A stretch of 64,000 nt of DNA from the human T2T-CHM13v2.0 reference genome, Homo sapiens: assembly GCF_009914755.1 (NCBI RefSeq), contig NC_060928.1; one strand, given 5' to 3'. Shown here one piece after another: positions 1-13,334 of this stretch (its first letter is position 1; every line of letters starts with the position of its first letter). The notes below the pieces were generated by a model that saw only the letters and a list, made by a program, of their open reading frames with translations, was not told the DNA's origin and made no database searches. A program made the translations under genes and the position numbers.

Positions 1-1104
1 TAGAAAAAAATTTAAAAGACTAAAACTTTATTTTTAAATTTATTTCATAAAGTGAAACATAGTTCACATCATAAAAATAATATAATGGTGAAGTGTAATT
101 GAGTAACTGTTGGTTAATTAGAAAAGAATACAAGCAGACATAAACAATATACTATATATTTTAGCCAAGCAAGGTCAAATGATGTCAGACTATGCTATAA
201 TATTATTTATCATAGAGTTGTACAGAGAAATTGGATAGAAAATTACGTTATAAAAAGTTGCTATATATATGTATATGTATATTTTAAACTCAATATCTTT
301 ATCACAGTAACATGTATCATACATACATTTAAAGTAATTGTTTGGTTTTAGCAAAATAATACCTCTTAAGGTAAGACAATGGTGTAATTTTTGATATTAC
401 TAGCTTTATAGTTTGGTTAGTATTTAATTTATAATTTTGTTTGTTTTTATGTATTTAGAATAGTTATTCATATATGAAGTTTATAATTAGCTATAGATTT
501 ATATTAAAATATAATAATTTAGGTGAATGTTTATAATATTCAAAGGCCCCTTAATAATTTTAATATATAAAGTGATATTTATATTTTATATTCATTTTGG
601 GAAAATTACACAGAAAATTTTTAGGATTGCATAATCTCAGAAAATACATGACAGCAGAAGATTCATACAGTAAGTGTTTTATTATCTCAGGTAGTATACA
701 CTGGATGAATTAAAGGTAAAAGGTAAGCATCTCAGTCTACTTATAATAACTCTATGTAAGTTTTATTTGCACTGGCTATCAGCCACAAAAAAGGAAAACT
801 TCTTCCTCCTGCTCTCTTCTTCCACTGCCCAGACAAATACTACTTATACTAAATTTCAGGCTAATCATTTTTTTGTGTGTGAATTAAGCTCCACAATGAT
901 CTAATTGCAACTTGTAAAGTTGTTTTGTGAAAACATGTGTTATATGTTGCATGCTATAGTTGAGAACTCTATAAATAATTCAGGGATTGACGGCACATAA
1001 GGATTTGACATGTTATCATAGATTTTCTCTAGATCCTTTTATTGAGCTAGCATGAAAGAAGATGTAGGTTTACAATAAATGTGATCACATAAAATTAATT
1101 ACTA

Positions 1105-1557
<453 letters not shown>

Positions 1558-2129
1558 GAGAAGTCTTTACAAAACTTTCTTATTATAATTATAATTTAAA
1601 TTTTCCTAATGATCTTCTTCTGGTTCTGACCAACAATATTGCATTTTCATTTGCATAAAATAACATATGGTATATATTTCCACAAAAATAAAAAAGAAGT
1701 TTGTCTATGATTTCTTTATTGACTCACCACATATTTTTTCCTATGCAATATAAAGTAACCATATTTCAAATTTCTTTATCAGAGTAGTTATAAGCCAGTC
1801 TCATATGTTCATTCGTTAACATTTTAAAAAGTGATGATTCTAAATTGTACATTCTCCAATCTTGTCTGGTGCCTTGTGAACTTTGAGTCATAGTGATTAA
1901 TTTTGTATCCATTAATTGCTGTCCTTCTCCCACCTACTTCTGTTATTATGGCTTCAGAAGACATGAAACTTTAACAAAGTTACTCAGTTATGTTAAGCAG
2001 TGAGCAAATCCACATCATCTATAATGTATAATTATGTTTGCCATTATACTGAAAGTCATAAATTATTCTTATTCTTACTGTGTTGCCTTTGGGGAAGGAT
2101 GCCATCAAGGATGCCTTCAGGTGTGATTG

Positions 2130-3590
2130 AAATCAATCACACAATATGTATTTTTTTGTGCCTGTCACCTTTCATTCAACATCATGTGACTAGCAATCAT
2201 TCAGGTTGCTCTTTCATTTTTCATGGTGAGCATTATTCCATTGCATGACAACATCAATATCTGCTTACCCATTCTCCTGTTAACAATTACTTCAGTTGTT
2301 TACTGCATGGGGATAATATGAATAAAGCTGCTAGGAACATTCATGGACACATATTTTTGTGGAAGTATGTTCTCATTATTCTTGTGTAAACACTTCGAAG
2401 TGGAATTTCTGGGTCATAAGACAGTTAATTTTATAATACACTGTCAAACTGAAACTTTTATTTAAAGTGGCTTATTATATTACACTCCCACATGTGAGTG
2501 CCACCTGTTAAATCTTAGACTTGCCATCTCTTTTGATTTTAGCCACTGTAGTGGATGTGGCACGGTATCTTACTGTTGTGTTAATTTTAATTTTCCTGAT
2601 GAAAAATTATATTGAATACCTTTAATGTAATGATTGACATTTAAATTTTCATTTTTCAAAGTTTTAGTTCAAGTCTTTTTTGTCCAGATGTATTGGGTCT
2701 GATATCATTTTATACTGAATTTTAGAAGTTTGTTATATAGACATTTGGCAGATATTTGTGGGGTGTGTGTGTGTATGTGTGTGTGTGTGTGTGTGCATCT
2801 TACTCTGTTACTGCTTGTGGTTTGCCTATGCCTATTAAATTCCTCAATAGAGCATTTTGATGAGCAGAAATTTTATTTTTTAAAGTTCTATCTATCTTTT
2901 ATTTTTTTATTGATGTTGCTTTTTGTGTGCTATGTAAGATTTCTCTGCCTATTTCAAATTGTGAAGCTAATTTTATATGCTTTTTCTAGAGGATTTAAGA
3001 TTCTACACTTTATGTTTTAAGACTATGATACATCTTGAGTTAATTTTTATTCATGGAGTGAGTTGAAAGGTTGAAATTCTTTTTTCACCCTATAATCATC
3101 TTCCCCAGACATATGTGTTTTAAATACGTTCCTTTTCTCTTGTGATTAATTGGTGCATTGGCCCAAAGTTATGAATGTGTAGCTTTATTTTCAGATTCCT
3201 CATACTGTTTCCCACATAAATATCTATTTTTTAATTACTGTAGCTTTGTTATAAGTTTTGGAGTCAGATAATATGAGGGTTAAATCATTTTCTTTTATTT
3301 CTTCATTATATGTTTTTCAGAATACTTTGGGCTAGTCGAGATCTGTTGAATTTCCACGTTTTTTAGAATCATATTGAAAGCTCTACCAAAAAAAGTCTTC
3401 TAGAATTTTCATTGGAATTCAGTTAAATTTATAATCAATTTGTGACAAAAGGGCAACCTAACAATATTCAGTTTTCAAATCCATGATTTGGTGTGTCTTT
3501 CTATTTATTTAGGCTTTCCATAGAGAGACCTTTTAACAGCTTTTCTTATATTTAGGTATTTGATGTTAAAGCCATTTTAAATGTTATTTT
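2130..3590 (-). mobile_element. Old L1M (L1MD/ME-type) ORF2/3' remnant, degraded
   Basis: Antisense L1 motifs TATTCCATTGCATG, ATGAATAAAGCTGCTAGGAACATTCATG, GTGGAATTTCTGGGTCATA, TTTTGATGAGCAGAAATTTT, CATCTTGAGTTAATTTTT. Confidence 0.75.
2764..2795 (+). repeat. (TG)n microsatellite, interrupted
   Basis: Direct reading. Confidence 0.95.
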
Positions 3591-3626
3591 ACCTTATTTT
3601 ATTTTCTAATCAAGAAAGAAATAGAA

Positions 3627-3942
3627 TGCTGAGTATGGTGGCTCACACCTGTAATCCCAGAGCTTTGGGAGGCCAAGGTGGCAGAATCGCTTGAGTCCAG
3701 GAGTTCAAGGCCAGCCTGGACAACATAGCAAGACCCTGTCTCTACAGAAAATTTAAAAAAAAAAAGCTGCTGGGTGTAGTTGTGTGCACTTATAGTCCCA
3801 GCTACTTGACAAACTGAAGCTAGAGGATTGCTTGAGCCTGGGAGTTTGAGGCTGCAGTGAGATGTGATCATATCAGTGCATGCCAGCATGAGCAACAGAG
3901 CAAGATCCTGTACCTAAAGAAATGAAAAAAAAAAAAAAAAAA
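3627..3942 (+). mobile_element. Alu SINE, AluJ (Jo-like)
   Basis: J-type motifs GCTTGAGTCCAGGAGTTC, AACATAGCAAGACCCTGTCTCTAC, GAGGATTGCTTGAGCCTGGGAGTTTGAGGCTGCAGTGAG; poly-A to about 3942. Confidence 0.93.
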
Positions 3943-4103
3943 CTGAAAAAGAGTGATGAATCCTGGCTCTGTACAGCTTTTTAAATTATTGTTATTTTAA
4001 TAATACTTATAGTGCAAGTCAGGTGGAGAGAAATGTTTTCAGCTCTTGTTTCCAATTTTTGAGGGACATTTGCTACACTTTGAATTCTACATGAACGGAA
4101 TTT

Positions 4104-4136
<33 letters not shown>

Positions 4137-4380
4137 GGAGACAGAGTCTCACTTTGTCACCCAGGCTGGAATGCAGTTCAAGCCGTTCTCCTGCCTCAGC
4201 CTCCTCAGTAACTGGGATTATAGGCACCCGCCACCATGCCCAGCTGATTTTTCTATTATTAGTAGAGATGGGGTTTCACCATGTTGTCCAGGCTGGTTTT
4301 GAACTCCTGACCTCAGGTGATCCGCCCGCCTTGGCCTCCCAAAGTGCTAAGATTACAGATGTGAGCTACTGTGCCTGGCC
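4104..4380 (-). mobile_element. Alu SINE, AluSx-like, with about 39-bp internal deletion
   Basis: T-rich tail 4104-4137; ends CCTGGCC at 4380; TSD ATGAAC(G/A)GAATTT at 4091-4103 and 4383-4395. Confidence 0.95.
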
Positions 4381-4542
4381 TGATGAACAGAATTTAATTA
4401 CTGAATTTGTATTCATGTATAATGTATTTATTCTTTAAAAGACCTTATTCCATCATATTCTGACTTCCATTCTTTCTGACAAGAATTTAGTGATTTTTAA
4501 AATTATTTCCAGTATGCCCTGTGGCTATTTTCTCTCACAGCT

Positions 4543-5013
4543 TGTATTAATTTCCCATTGATGCTGTGACAAATTACCACAAATGCAATGGCTTAAAACA
4601 GCACACATTTACTCTCCTACAGCTCTGGAGGTTAGAAGTCTGAAATGGTCTCATTAGATTGAAATCAAGGCATTGGCAGGGCTGTGTTCCTTCTGGGAGG
4701 TTCTAGGGGAGAATCTGTTTCCTTCCCTTTCTTCAGCTTCCACAGGCTGCCTGCATTCCTTCGCGTGTGGTTCCTTAGCACCTTCAAATACTCTCTGTTC
4801 TTCTCCCGCTTTCATTTTCTCCTTTGGCTGTCATTCTCTTGTCTCCCTCTTTCCCTTATAAGGGCCTTTGTAATTACATCGGGCCCACTTGGATAATCCA
4901 GAATAATCTCCCCATTTCCATATCCTTCACTCAATCACATCTGCAAAGTTCCTTCAGTCATGTAAGAATTCGGACAGAAACATCTTTGGGGAGCTACTAT
5001 TAAGTCTACCATA
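4543..5013 (-). mobile_element. MaLR solo LTR, MLT1C/D-like
   Basis: Begins TGTATTAATTTCCCATTGATGCTGTGACAAATTACCACAAA (reverse complement of the MLT1 3' end); CTAGGGGAGAATCTGTTTCC; GGATAATCCAGAATAATCTCCCCAT; ATCACATCTGCAAAG. Confidence 0.88.
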
Positions 5014-6524
5014 CGCTTTTAAAAAATCTTCTCTTTATCTTTGATTTTCTTTAGTTTTACTTTAACATACCTAAGTGTGGCTTTCTTTTTTATTTTCTTC
5101 TGTATAGGGTTTTCTGAACTTCTTGATTCAATGGTTTACTGCATTTTACCAGATTTTAAAAATCTTGGCAATTATGTCTTCAATTTTTTTCTGGTCCAAC
5201 CCCTTTCTTTCCTCCTTTTTGAACTTCAGTTTACATATGGTAGAACATTTCTTATTGTTCTGCAGATTTCAAACGTATTGTTTATAGTAATTATTATATT
5301 TTTTCTATATGTTTGTTTGCATCATTTTTATTTATCAGTATTTAATTTCAGGGATTCTTTTCTCTCTTGTGTTCATGTTTCTGATAAGTCCAAGCTAAAA
5401 GTTTTTTTTTTTAAATTAACATTTACATTTGGATTTTTAAAAAATAATTGGAATTCTCTGCTTTAATTCCTCATCTGCCCACTCAAGTTGTTTCATTTCT
5501 ACTACATCTTTTAACATATTTTTTACAAATATTTAAAATTCTCCATCTGGTAAATCTAAGATATTTCTACATTTGCTTCTATTAATTGTTTTGTCTCTTG
5601 ATGATTAGTTACAGTTTATGACTCATTTGTATGTCTCAAAATTTTTAAAAATTAATAAGATAAATAATATCTTCAGTGATGGCACACTCATTCTTCTTTT
5701 GGGGCAATAATGTGAATTTCTGAGTCAATACATCTGTTTTGAAATAGTTCTGAGCTGGACTACTGATTCAGTTAGAATGAATTCAGTGCTGATGAGGCAC
5801 ATTCTCTTCAGCAGGACCTGGGATCTTAGTACTAAGGTTACTCAAAGAATTTCTTTTTGCTTTACAGCACAGCTGCCAACATTCTTTAGAATGTTTTAAC
5901 ATGGGAGACTTAACTCTTACCTATTTTAATTCCTGAGGAATTCTATTTGCTGTCCACTCTTATTCCTCAATTGATGGCATTTAGGTGCTTTCTTTTTCTG
6001 TTCTGCTGTCCTGAGCAATTATGCCTTTGAAGGACTGCAGTTCAAGATTCAATGAAACCTTAAAAAGACTTAGGAAAATTCCTCTCGACCTTCCCATCCG
6101 CCCATATCCTTGGCGCTGCAGTGCTTCATACTCTGGAAAGTACCAGGTGCCTCCAGGCATCTTTCCCAGTTCATCTGCTGTGGCACAGCCTGTAGCAGTC
6201 AGGCCTCCTGTTTCCTAGGGATCAGGAAGTTTACCTCGCATGAGTTCTGCTCTCTCTTCAGTGTTCTGAAACCACAGCTTACTGAAGGCACAGAATGCCT
6301 CAGTTTGGTTCCTCTCAAATATCCTGACCTGTTCTCAGCCTACAATGGGCTCTAAGTGCCTCAAGGAAGCTCTCTTTATCCTCTTCTACTCTGTCTTTTG
6401 GCCTGCTGGCTACAGCCCAGGTTATTCAGTGAAGAATTTGGAAAGAGTTGTCAGGTAGATACACATCTGCTTGGAGATGGGGGCCCTTCAGGATTCTAAA
6501 CAATCATGCCAGAAAATACTTGGC

Positions 6525-6564
6525 CATTATTATTATTATTGATGTTATTATTATTATTACTACT
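6525..6564 (+). repeat. (TTA)n microsatellite, interrupted
   Basis: Direct reading. Confidence 0.85.
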
Positions 6565-6927
6565 TGATATGGTTTGGCTGTGTCCCCACCCAAATCTCAT
6601 CTTGAATTGTAGCTCCCGTAATTCCCACATGTTGTGGAAGGGACCCAGTGGGAGGTAATTGAATCACGGCGCCAGTGTTTTCCGTGCTGTTCTCATGACA
6701 GCGAATAAGTCTCATGACATCTGATGGTTTTATAAAGGGGAGTTCCTCTGCACATGCTCTCTTGCCTGCTGCCATATAAGATGTGCCTTTGCTCTTCCTT
6801 CATCTTCCACCATGATTGTGAGGCCTCCCCAGCCATGTGGAACTTTGAGTCCATTAAACCTCTTTTTCTTGATAAATTACCCAGTCTTGGGTATGTCTTT
6901 ATTAGCGTGTAAGAACAGACTAATACA
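6565..6927 (+). mobile_element. THE1 solo LTR (THE1C-like, MaLR)
   Basis: Canonical ends TGATATGGTTTGGCTGTGTCCCCACCCAAATCTCATCTTGAATTG...GAACAGACTAATACA; 5-bp TSD CTACT at 6560-6564 and 6928-6932; TATAAA and ATTAAA inside. Confidence 0.96.
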
Positions 6928-9900
6928 CTACTACTACTGCTTCTATTTTAACTCATTTCTCTTAACCCTATTCTCTGGTGAATTTCTCCTCCTTCAAGTA
7001 TTCCACCAGGATTAAAAGCAGTCAGAAATCTCTTCTCTACTAAAAAATGTTTGTCTCTTTGAGATTTTAGTTCATTAAGGTGATTTACATCCCCAAACCT
7101 CTGCTGGGTTTTCTTAACAATGATATAGTCACTTCTCTGTCTTTTTATCATTATTAGAGTAAAAAGTACTATTATTTGCAACGTTCTACATCTTAGAAGC
7201 AGAAGTATGTAATGCTTGATACTACATGTGTACTAACTAATCCTGAACTAAAGAGATAGCTTTGAAATTAACCTAGTTATTAATATTTAAATTATTTGAG
7301 AAATTACACATATTATACATAATTGTATAACTAAATTTTAAATGTCAAATATCACAATGTATTAAGATCTATTACTTTTGACTAAAAAGCTTTGTATGAT
7401 AGTTTGCTGCAAAATTGTTGAAATGTACTTTGAGATTTTAAAGTTACCTACTTTGTACATATGAATTTCCATATATTATTATATCATTATATGAACAAAT
7501 TTTTGTATGAATATCTTAGCATAATTCTCAAGTATATAGATAAAAATAGCTTCACATTTTACGAGAAAGATTTAGATGTACTATAAACAAATTCATTGAT
7601 TCCTTAACTCACTTGAAATATTCTTCTAGGTATTGTGTCTTTACTCAGTGATGGTAATGAAAATATAAGTATCTTGATATAATATGATTAAAAATAATCT
7701 CTGAAAGAAGAAAGCTTTCCAGAAATATAACTTGACAAATAAATAAGGGAGTTTAAGGGTTATAAGAAGTCAAATAATGGATCTTTCTTTAAAATGTGAC
7801 ACCATCTGTCTCACCAGCTTTGATCAGACTATCAGCTGCTCTCTTCTCTCTCTTTTTGATAGAAAAAACTTTTGACACTTGTCAGCCACAATCGATAGCT
7901 CTATTTTTTACCTTATTGGAAAAATATGCCTCAAGGGAACTAGGGATGAAAAGTGAGAGAGAAGATAAAAATCAGGACAGGGGAAATAAAGAAGGTGGAA
8001 TATGATGCAGTGGTTTTCAGGTAATCATTATAGACTAATTTGAGTTCAGCAGAAAATAGTTTAACTCATCATATAATAGTAGGAAAAATAATACTGCATG
8101 GTACCTTTAGCCAAAGCTTCAAAATATGTCTGAAATTTCTAGTTAAGCTTTAATTTAGGTATCAGATAGCTTGTTAAAAAGTGTAAGAAATCATGTCTTA
8201 TTTGGATTCATAAAATTGTTATGTAGTGAAGGCACGCCACCTGGCTTTGAAAATAAACATGGTTAGTGTTTTACCTTAATATTTAAATTCAATACATTAA
8301 TTAAATGCATTTTTAATTTAACAAATAGATAAAGGATGCCAAAGCATGGTGCTAGACTGGAGAATAAAATAATGATTCGGGTATTAATTGAGACCTTTTA
8401 ATTTCTATCTGGCCAGGTAAGTGAAATCTCACCATTAATTGCTTCTGAAATTATCATTATGTAACTCAACTTTAGTCATTATAGTCATAACTTTAAGAAA
8501 TATCATTTTATTCTTAAAAACATAAAATTTATCATTACAAACATTCAGAAGTTACAAAAATATGATGGGTGTGTAGAGAACTAAGCATACATTAAATTAT
8601 ATGATCATTTACTACTGGCTCAAGGCTTGGTTCCTTATCTTCATGAAGACAAGACACAATTCTTAGAAATGTTTTAGACATTTATGTTCCTGAAGGCCCT
8701 GAAGATAGATGGCTGGATCAAAGGATTATTTTAGTTCTTTTTCTCCCCTTAGCAGTTATCTCAGGCAATCTAAGTAGGTCCTTCAGAGCATATTTTTAAA
8801 ATATGTCTGTTTGCTCTCTGTATTATAAGATTTGTATTCTGCAATATACTATACAAGTCTGTGAATTCAAGTCACATACACAACTTCAAGAATAGTACTG
8901 AATGTTTGCTTAACTTTACAATTAGCCCATGTAAAACTTAGTAAGACTAGATAACTATAAAATATTATAAATATTATAAAACTTTTAAATGTATACTTTT
9001 AATTTTAATCACATATTCCATTAAGTTGTAATGAGTTATGGTTAAATAACCTGGAAAAAAATACTATAAAATATAGGACAACTTGCTTTATGCGCAAGAT
9101 ATTTGTTTCATGCATATAGAAGATACATAATAGAGATTGCTACTTTATAGGTTGTATGCAACCAAATATAAACTCATTTCACTGATTAGTCACACATTTC
9201 ATAGAATTTGCATACTTCTTTTAAGTAGATAAGCTATCTTTGCCTTGGTAAAGGCAAATAATCATTTTATATTATTTTAAATAAGATTACACAATTTTAG
9301 TTAGCCATAGAATTAGCAAGCACATATTTTTTTCAATGAGAACAAATATTTTAAACCCAGAGGGAACAAAAAGCACAAAATAGCTTCAGTTTGTGTATCT
9401 CAGACCCTGCAATTATCCCACGGAGAATTTTCTTTTCAATGACTTTCAAATGTTTCTGTATAATTATAAGTTAGATAACTTGGTAAATTCTGGTAACAGC
9501 TTCCAAAAAATGCATTTAAATTTGAAATTGGTTTTGCCAAAGAGTAATTTATATCCATTGTGTAAAGACACAAATGCAAATGAAACAATTTTTGATTGAC
9601 TACACAACATAATATACTGAGATATTATATGCTAAATGGACCACAGAATAAGCATTCATTATTCAACAAAGTATTATGTGTTAGAGGATAATGTTGCCAA
9701 ATATTGCAATATACTACAAAATCCAGCTATTATTATAGATAAACCCTAGAATAACATTTAAAACAAAAAAATGAAGATGTATCCAATTTTTTAAAGGATT
9801 TAAATCACTAAGGGACAGATCCACAATATACATTAATAATTAGAGTGTCATCTCAAATTCTGAAAAGTGAAAAACAAGTGGCATTTTTCTTAATGTTAGC

Positions 9901-11319
9901 AAATAACTTTTTCAAATGAGAGTAAAGATATTCACACCCTATGAATCAAAATACATGTAAAGCTATTAAAATGTTTTTAAGAGGCCATTTCAAAATTTCC
10001 ACAAAAAATTATGGACAAAAATGCCTCCAGTATTTTGCTATATATAATTAGCACAGATAATTTTATGAACTAGTTGGAAATTAGTGCCTGTAGATGTTTA
10101 TTTCTCTTCATCCCTTCAGACCACCCATTGCATATCGGGATATACCTGTAAAGTATGTGTGCATGTGTGTATGTTTGTAAAATATATCTTTACATTCTAA
10201 GTATGTATGTCTGTATGTATGTATTTACATGTGTATATATCCATCTATCACCTATCTGTCTATCATCTATCATCATGCTACACTTGGTTTCATATTCCAG
10301 TAAGGCAAGTTTGTCCTTTGTTCCTTCCTTCTTTTATCACATTTTTATTCACCTATACCAAACACATTGCATGCATCTGTCAGAACCAAAATCACTAAAC
10401 ACAGAACATTAAAATGTGTTTCAAATGTCTTTAGCAAATTAAAAATAAATAATCATATAATGAACTAAATTGAAGATGGTCATAATAAATTCAGATAATG
10501 TGAAAAATAATGTGGAATTTAAGACCAGATACTAAATGGGAAAACAAGCAAAATTCAATGATAAAAGTTGTAATATACAATAAAGTAATAATGACAACAT
10601 GTTTCTGCATTGAAAAACACAGTAAAATGCATGAGGGAAATTTACTGAGAAATGCAAACATTTAAAACAATAAATTGTACCCGCAGATTTTACTCTTATA
10701 AGACTTTTGTGCCATGTTGATATAAAAATGACTTAAGTTATATAATTTATGAGAAAAATTATGAAATGTATAATTTTCTATAGGTAATATTTATTTCTAT
10801 ACTTGTATAGATAGAGACAGAGTAACTGAGGGAAAAACAATGTCCCCTACAGATAATGGACATCCTTCTTTTCTCTTTAAGAAACAGTAACAAAAAGAGA
10901 TTATGTACCTAAACACAGAGGAAATCTCAATGAAGCCAGAGAATAGTACTCTTCCATACCACATTCTTTGACCTTAAGGTAACAAAAAAGCAAATAAATA
11001 ACAAAAGAATAACTCCAAAGTGTATAATGTGAACAAAAAAAAATGTTTTAAGTAAATCTTGTGCTAAATAAAAATAAAAACTAAAATAAGAATGTTTGAG
11101 AAATCAGTCCAAAGCAGTATCAGTATATCCAATAATTATAGATGCAGAAACTCAACAGAAGAAAAAATGTTTATCATCTCCTCATATGTTTCAATACTAA
11201 GCAGAACTCTTAAAATATATTAACCTTAGCATTTAGCATAACAAATCAAAAACTAAGCAACAAAATACATCAAAATGTAATAGTAGTATGATACATGACT
11301 AGCAGCCTAGTTAAAAAGT

Positions 11320-11810
11320 ATTGTCCTGTTCTTTGCAAACAGAACCTTCCTTTGGAATGCGCAAGTGAGTCTAGCCTAGTATATTCAGCATCTGTAACTC
11401 TTGCAGTTTCAATGACCATGTGACATGGGTTTAATTAATAATAACTAATGTAAAAATGAGACAATTAGACGTTTTAACCAATAAAATAGAAGAGAACATT
11501 TTTTCAAGGAGAGAGGTGGTTTTTTTTTGTTGTTTAATTTTTGCTTTTTTGACACTTGTTCTCTACCCTTCTACACTCTCGGAACACTGAGACATGCCTA
11601 AACATGCAATAGTCCTGAGATTGTAAGAATGAGAATCACATGCTACTGATGGCAGAGAAAGAAATTAAGGGCATAGGATATTGATTGTCATAGTGAAGCT
11701 GTTGTACCAGTTACCCAATTTGCTTGTTATGATGAAAAAATCAAATTAAAAATCTATTTTTTCTTTAAACCTGTGCAGGATTTCTACTACAAGTTGCCAA
11801 ATAAATACAG
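11320..11810 (+). mobile_element. MaLR LTR, MLT1J/K-like, degraded
   Basis: CACATGCTACTGATGGCAGAG...GAAGCTGTTGTACCAG...CTTGTTATGATGAAAAAAT...TTTAAACC resembles the MLT1J/K 3' half. Confidence 0.6.
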
Positions 11811-12191
11811 TAGAACTAAGGAAGGGATAAGTGCTGAAATAGCAATAAATGAATTTCAAAAGTAAACAGAATTATTACAACCAAGTTTAGTTCTTTAAAA
11901 ATGTAAGTAAAGAGATTGCCCAATTAAGAATAAGAATAAATAAAAGAAAATATATACAAATAAGTTACAGAAAAATGCACGTATGACACATAAAATGGCT
12001 TTGCACCTATTATATAAAAATACTAAAAAGCAAATTTTGTAAAGGTATGAAAGTCTTATCCAAAGCCTCACAATTAAAAAGAACAATACTGAGAGATTTG
12101 ACTACAAATAATTTTGTTATTTCTGTACTTCAAAAATTGCAGAAACAGAAAATATTTGCAACACACTAAAGACACAAAAGATTAGTATCTA

Positions 12192-12238
12192 TTAGGTTGG
12201 TAAAGGCAAAAACCACAATTACTTTTGCACTGACCTAA
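12192..12238. mobile_element. MADE1 (Hsmar1-derived MITE), most of one arm deleted
   Basis: TA|TTAGGTTGGT then GGCAAAAACCACAATTACTTTTGCACTGACCTAA, matching the MADE1 terminal inverted repeat. Confidence 0.85.
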
Positions 12239-13334
12239 AACAGTATATAAATGATTTTTACAAACAAATGACAGCATATAACTTGGGGAAAATGATGCAA
12301 ATGTCTCTGGGAAAATACTTGATAGAGGAAGAGACACGGGTTAATGTAAAAAAAGCTGAAACTCTCTATTAAAAATATATACGAAATAATGCAAACTGAT
12401 GTTTGACCTAACAGATTAGCTAAAACTTCAAAAGTTTTAACAGTAACTGTTGAAGAAAATATATTTATTTAAAATATCTCTGATATTGATAATGCTCATT
12501 TAAGTTGGTATTCTTTAATATAGTGATGTGGTACTACCTTGCAAAATTTTACATACATAAAATTTATAAGCATACTTTTAAAAAACCTATTGAAAGAAAA
12601 AATAGTTCAGCTACATTAGCATAGTATAGGCTATTTATTGCAGTATGGTTTTTAATACTGAAAACTATGGAAAAGTGAGTAGTTAGGTAAAATATGCAGA
12701 TGCTAACAAAAATAAATTAATTTTTATACACCAATGTGCAAAGATATAAAGATCCTTGGGCTATAAAATGACAGCATTTATTTAAAACCCTGAAAATACA
12801 TGGTTGGGATTTAATGGTTAGATAGAGTGATTTTTTTTCAATGTTTAGTTATTTGGGCAAATATAATTTATATATTCTACATAAAAGTACATACCAATTC
12901 AAAATTATAGCACCCTAACTTTTGAGTTAATGTAAATTAAATATTAGACTCCTACACAAACCTTTATTATTCTCTCATTTTATAAATCACAGTTATAATA
13001 ATTATATTCTTATGTCAGTCACAAAATAAGTAGGTAATATGTTTTATTCATTCTTTTCTTTGCTTCTCTCCTGGGAAGTGGGGTGTTGTCTTTCATCTGT
13101 TATTTTCTGTAGCTAATAGAATGTCAGAAATCAGGGTAGAAGAAGAAACTTTAAAAATTCTTGTTCTCCTGCTACTCTTGCTTCTTAATAAATGGAAATA
13201 TGCCCACAACAGCTTGCTGAAGGGGGGAGGCAGACATGCAGAAAGAGCCAGAGCCATCCTAGACCAGCCAGACCGAGTCCTTTTCCATTAAATATCGTAT
13301 TTAAGATAAACATTATGCAGAATCCTCATTCTTC

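Larger units (their letters stand above)
5020..7210 (-). mobile_element. HAL1/L1ME 5'-region remnant, split by the THE1C LTR
   Basis: T-rich antisense L1-like segment, then CAGGATTCTAAACAATCATGCCAG and TTTAGTTCATTAAGG motifs recalled from HAL1/L1M 5' consensus; boundaries approximate. Confidence 0.5.
10400..12800 (+). mobile_element. Highly degraded L1M remnants, interrupted by MLT1 and MADE1
   Basis: A-rich strand bias with L1-like vestiges (AAATATTTGCAACAC, GATTAGTATCT, CAGATTAGCTAAAA, TTTATTGCAGTATGG); boundaries uncertain. Confidence 0.45.

Noticed and set aside
5041-5466. 141-aa hydrophobic ORF
   Set aside because: T-rich antisense old L1/HAL1 sequence, non-ATG start, no recognisable domain
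6560-7015. ORFs over the THE1C LTR
   Set aside because: Typical spurious LTR translations; solo LTR with no internal coding region
13160-13275. Possible short MLT1G/H fragment (GCCATCCTAGACCAGCCA)
   Set aside because: Too short and degraded to call with confidence
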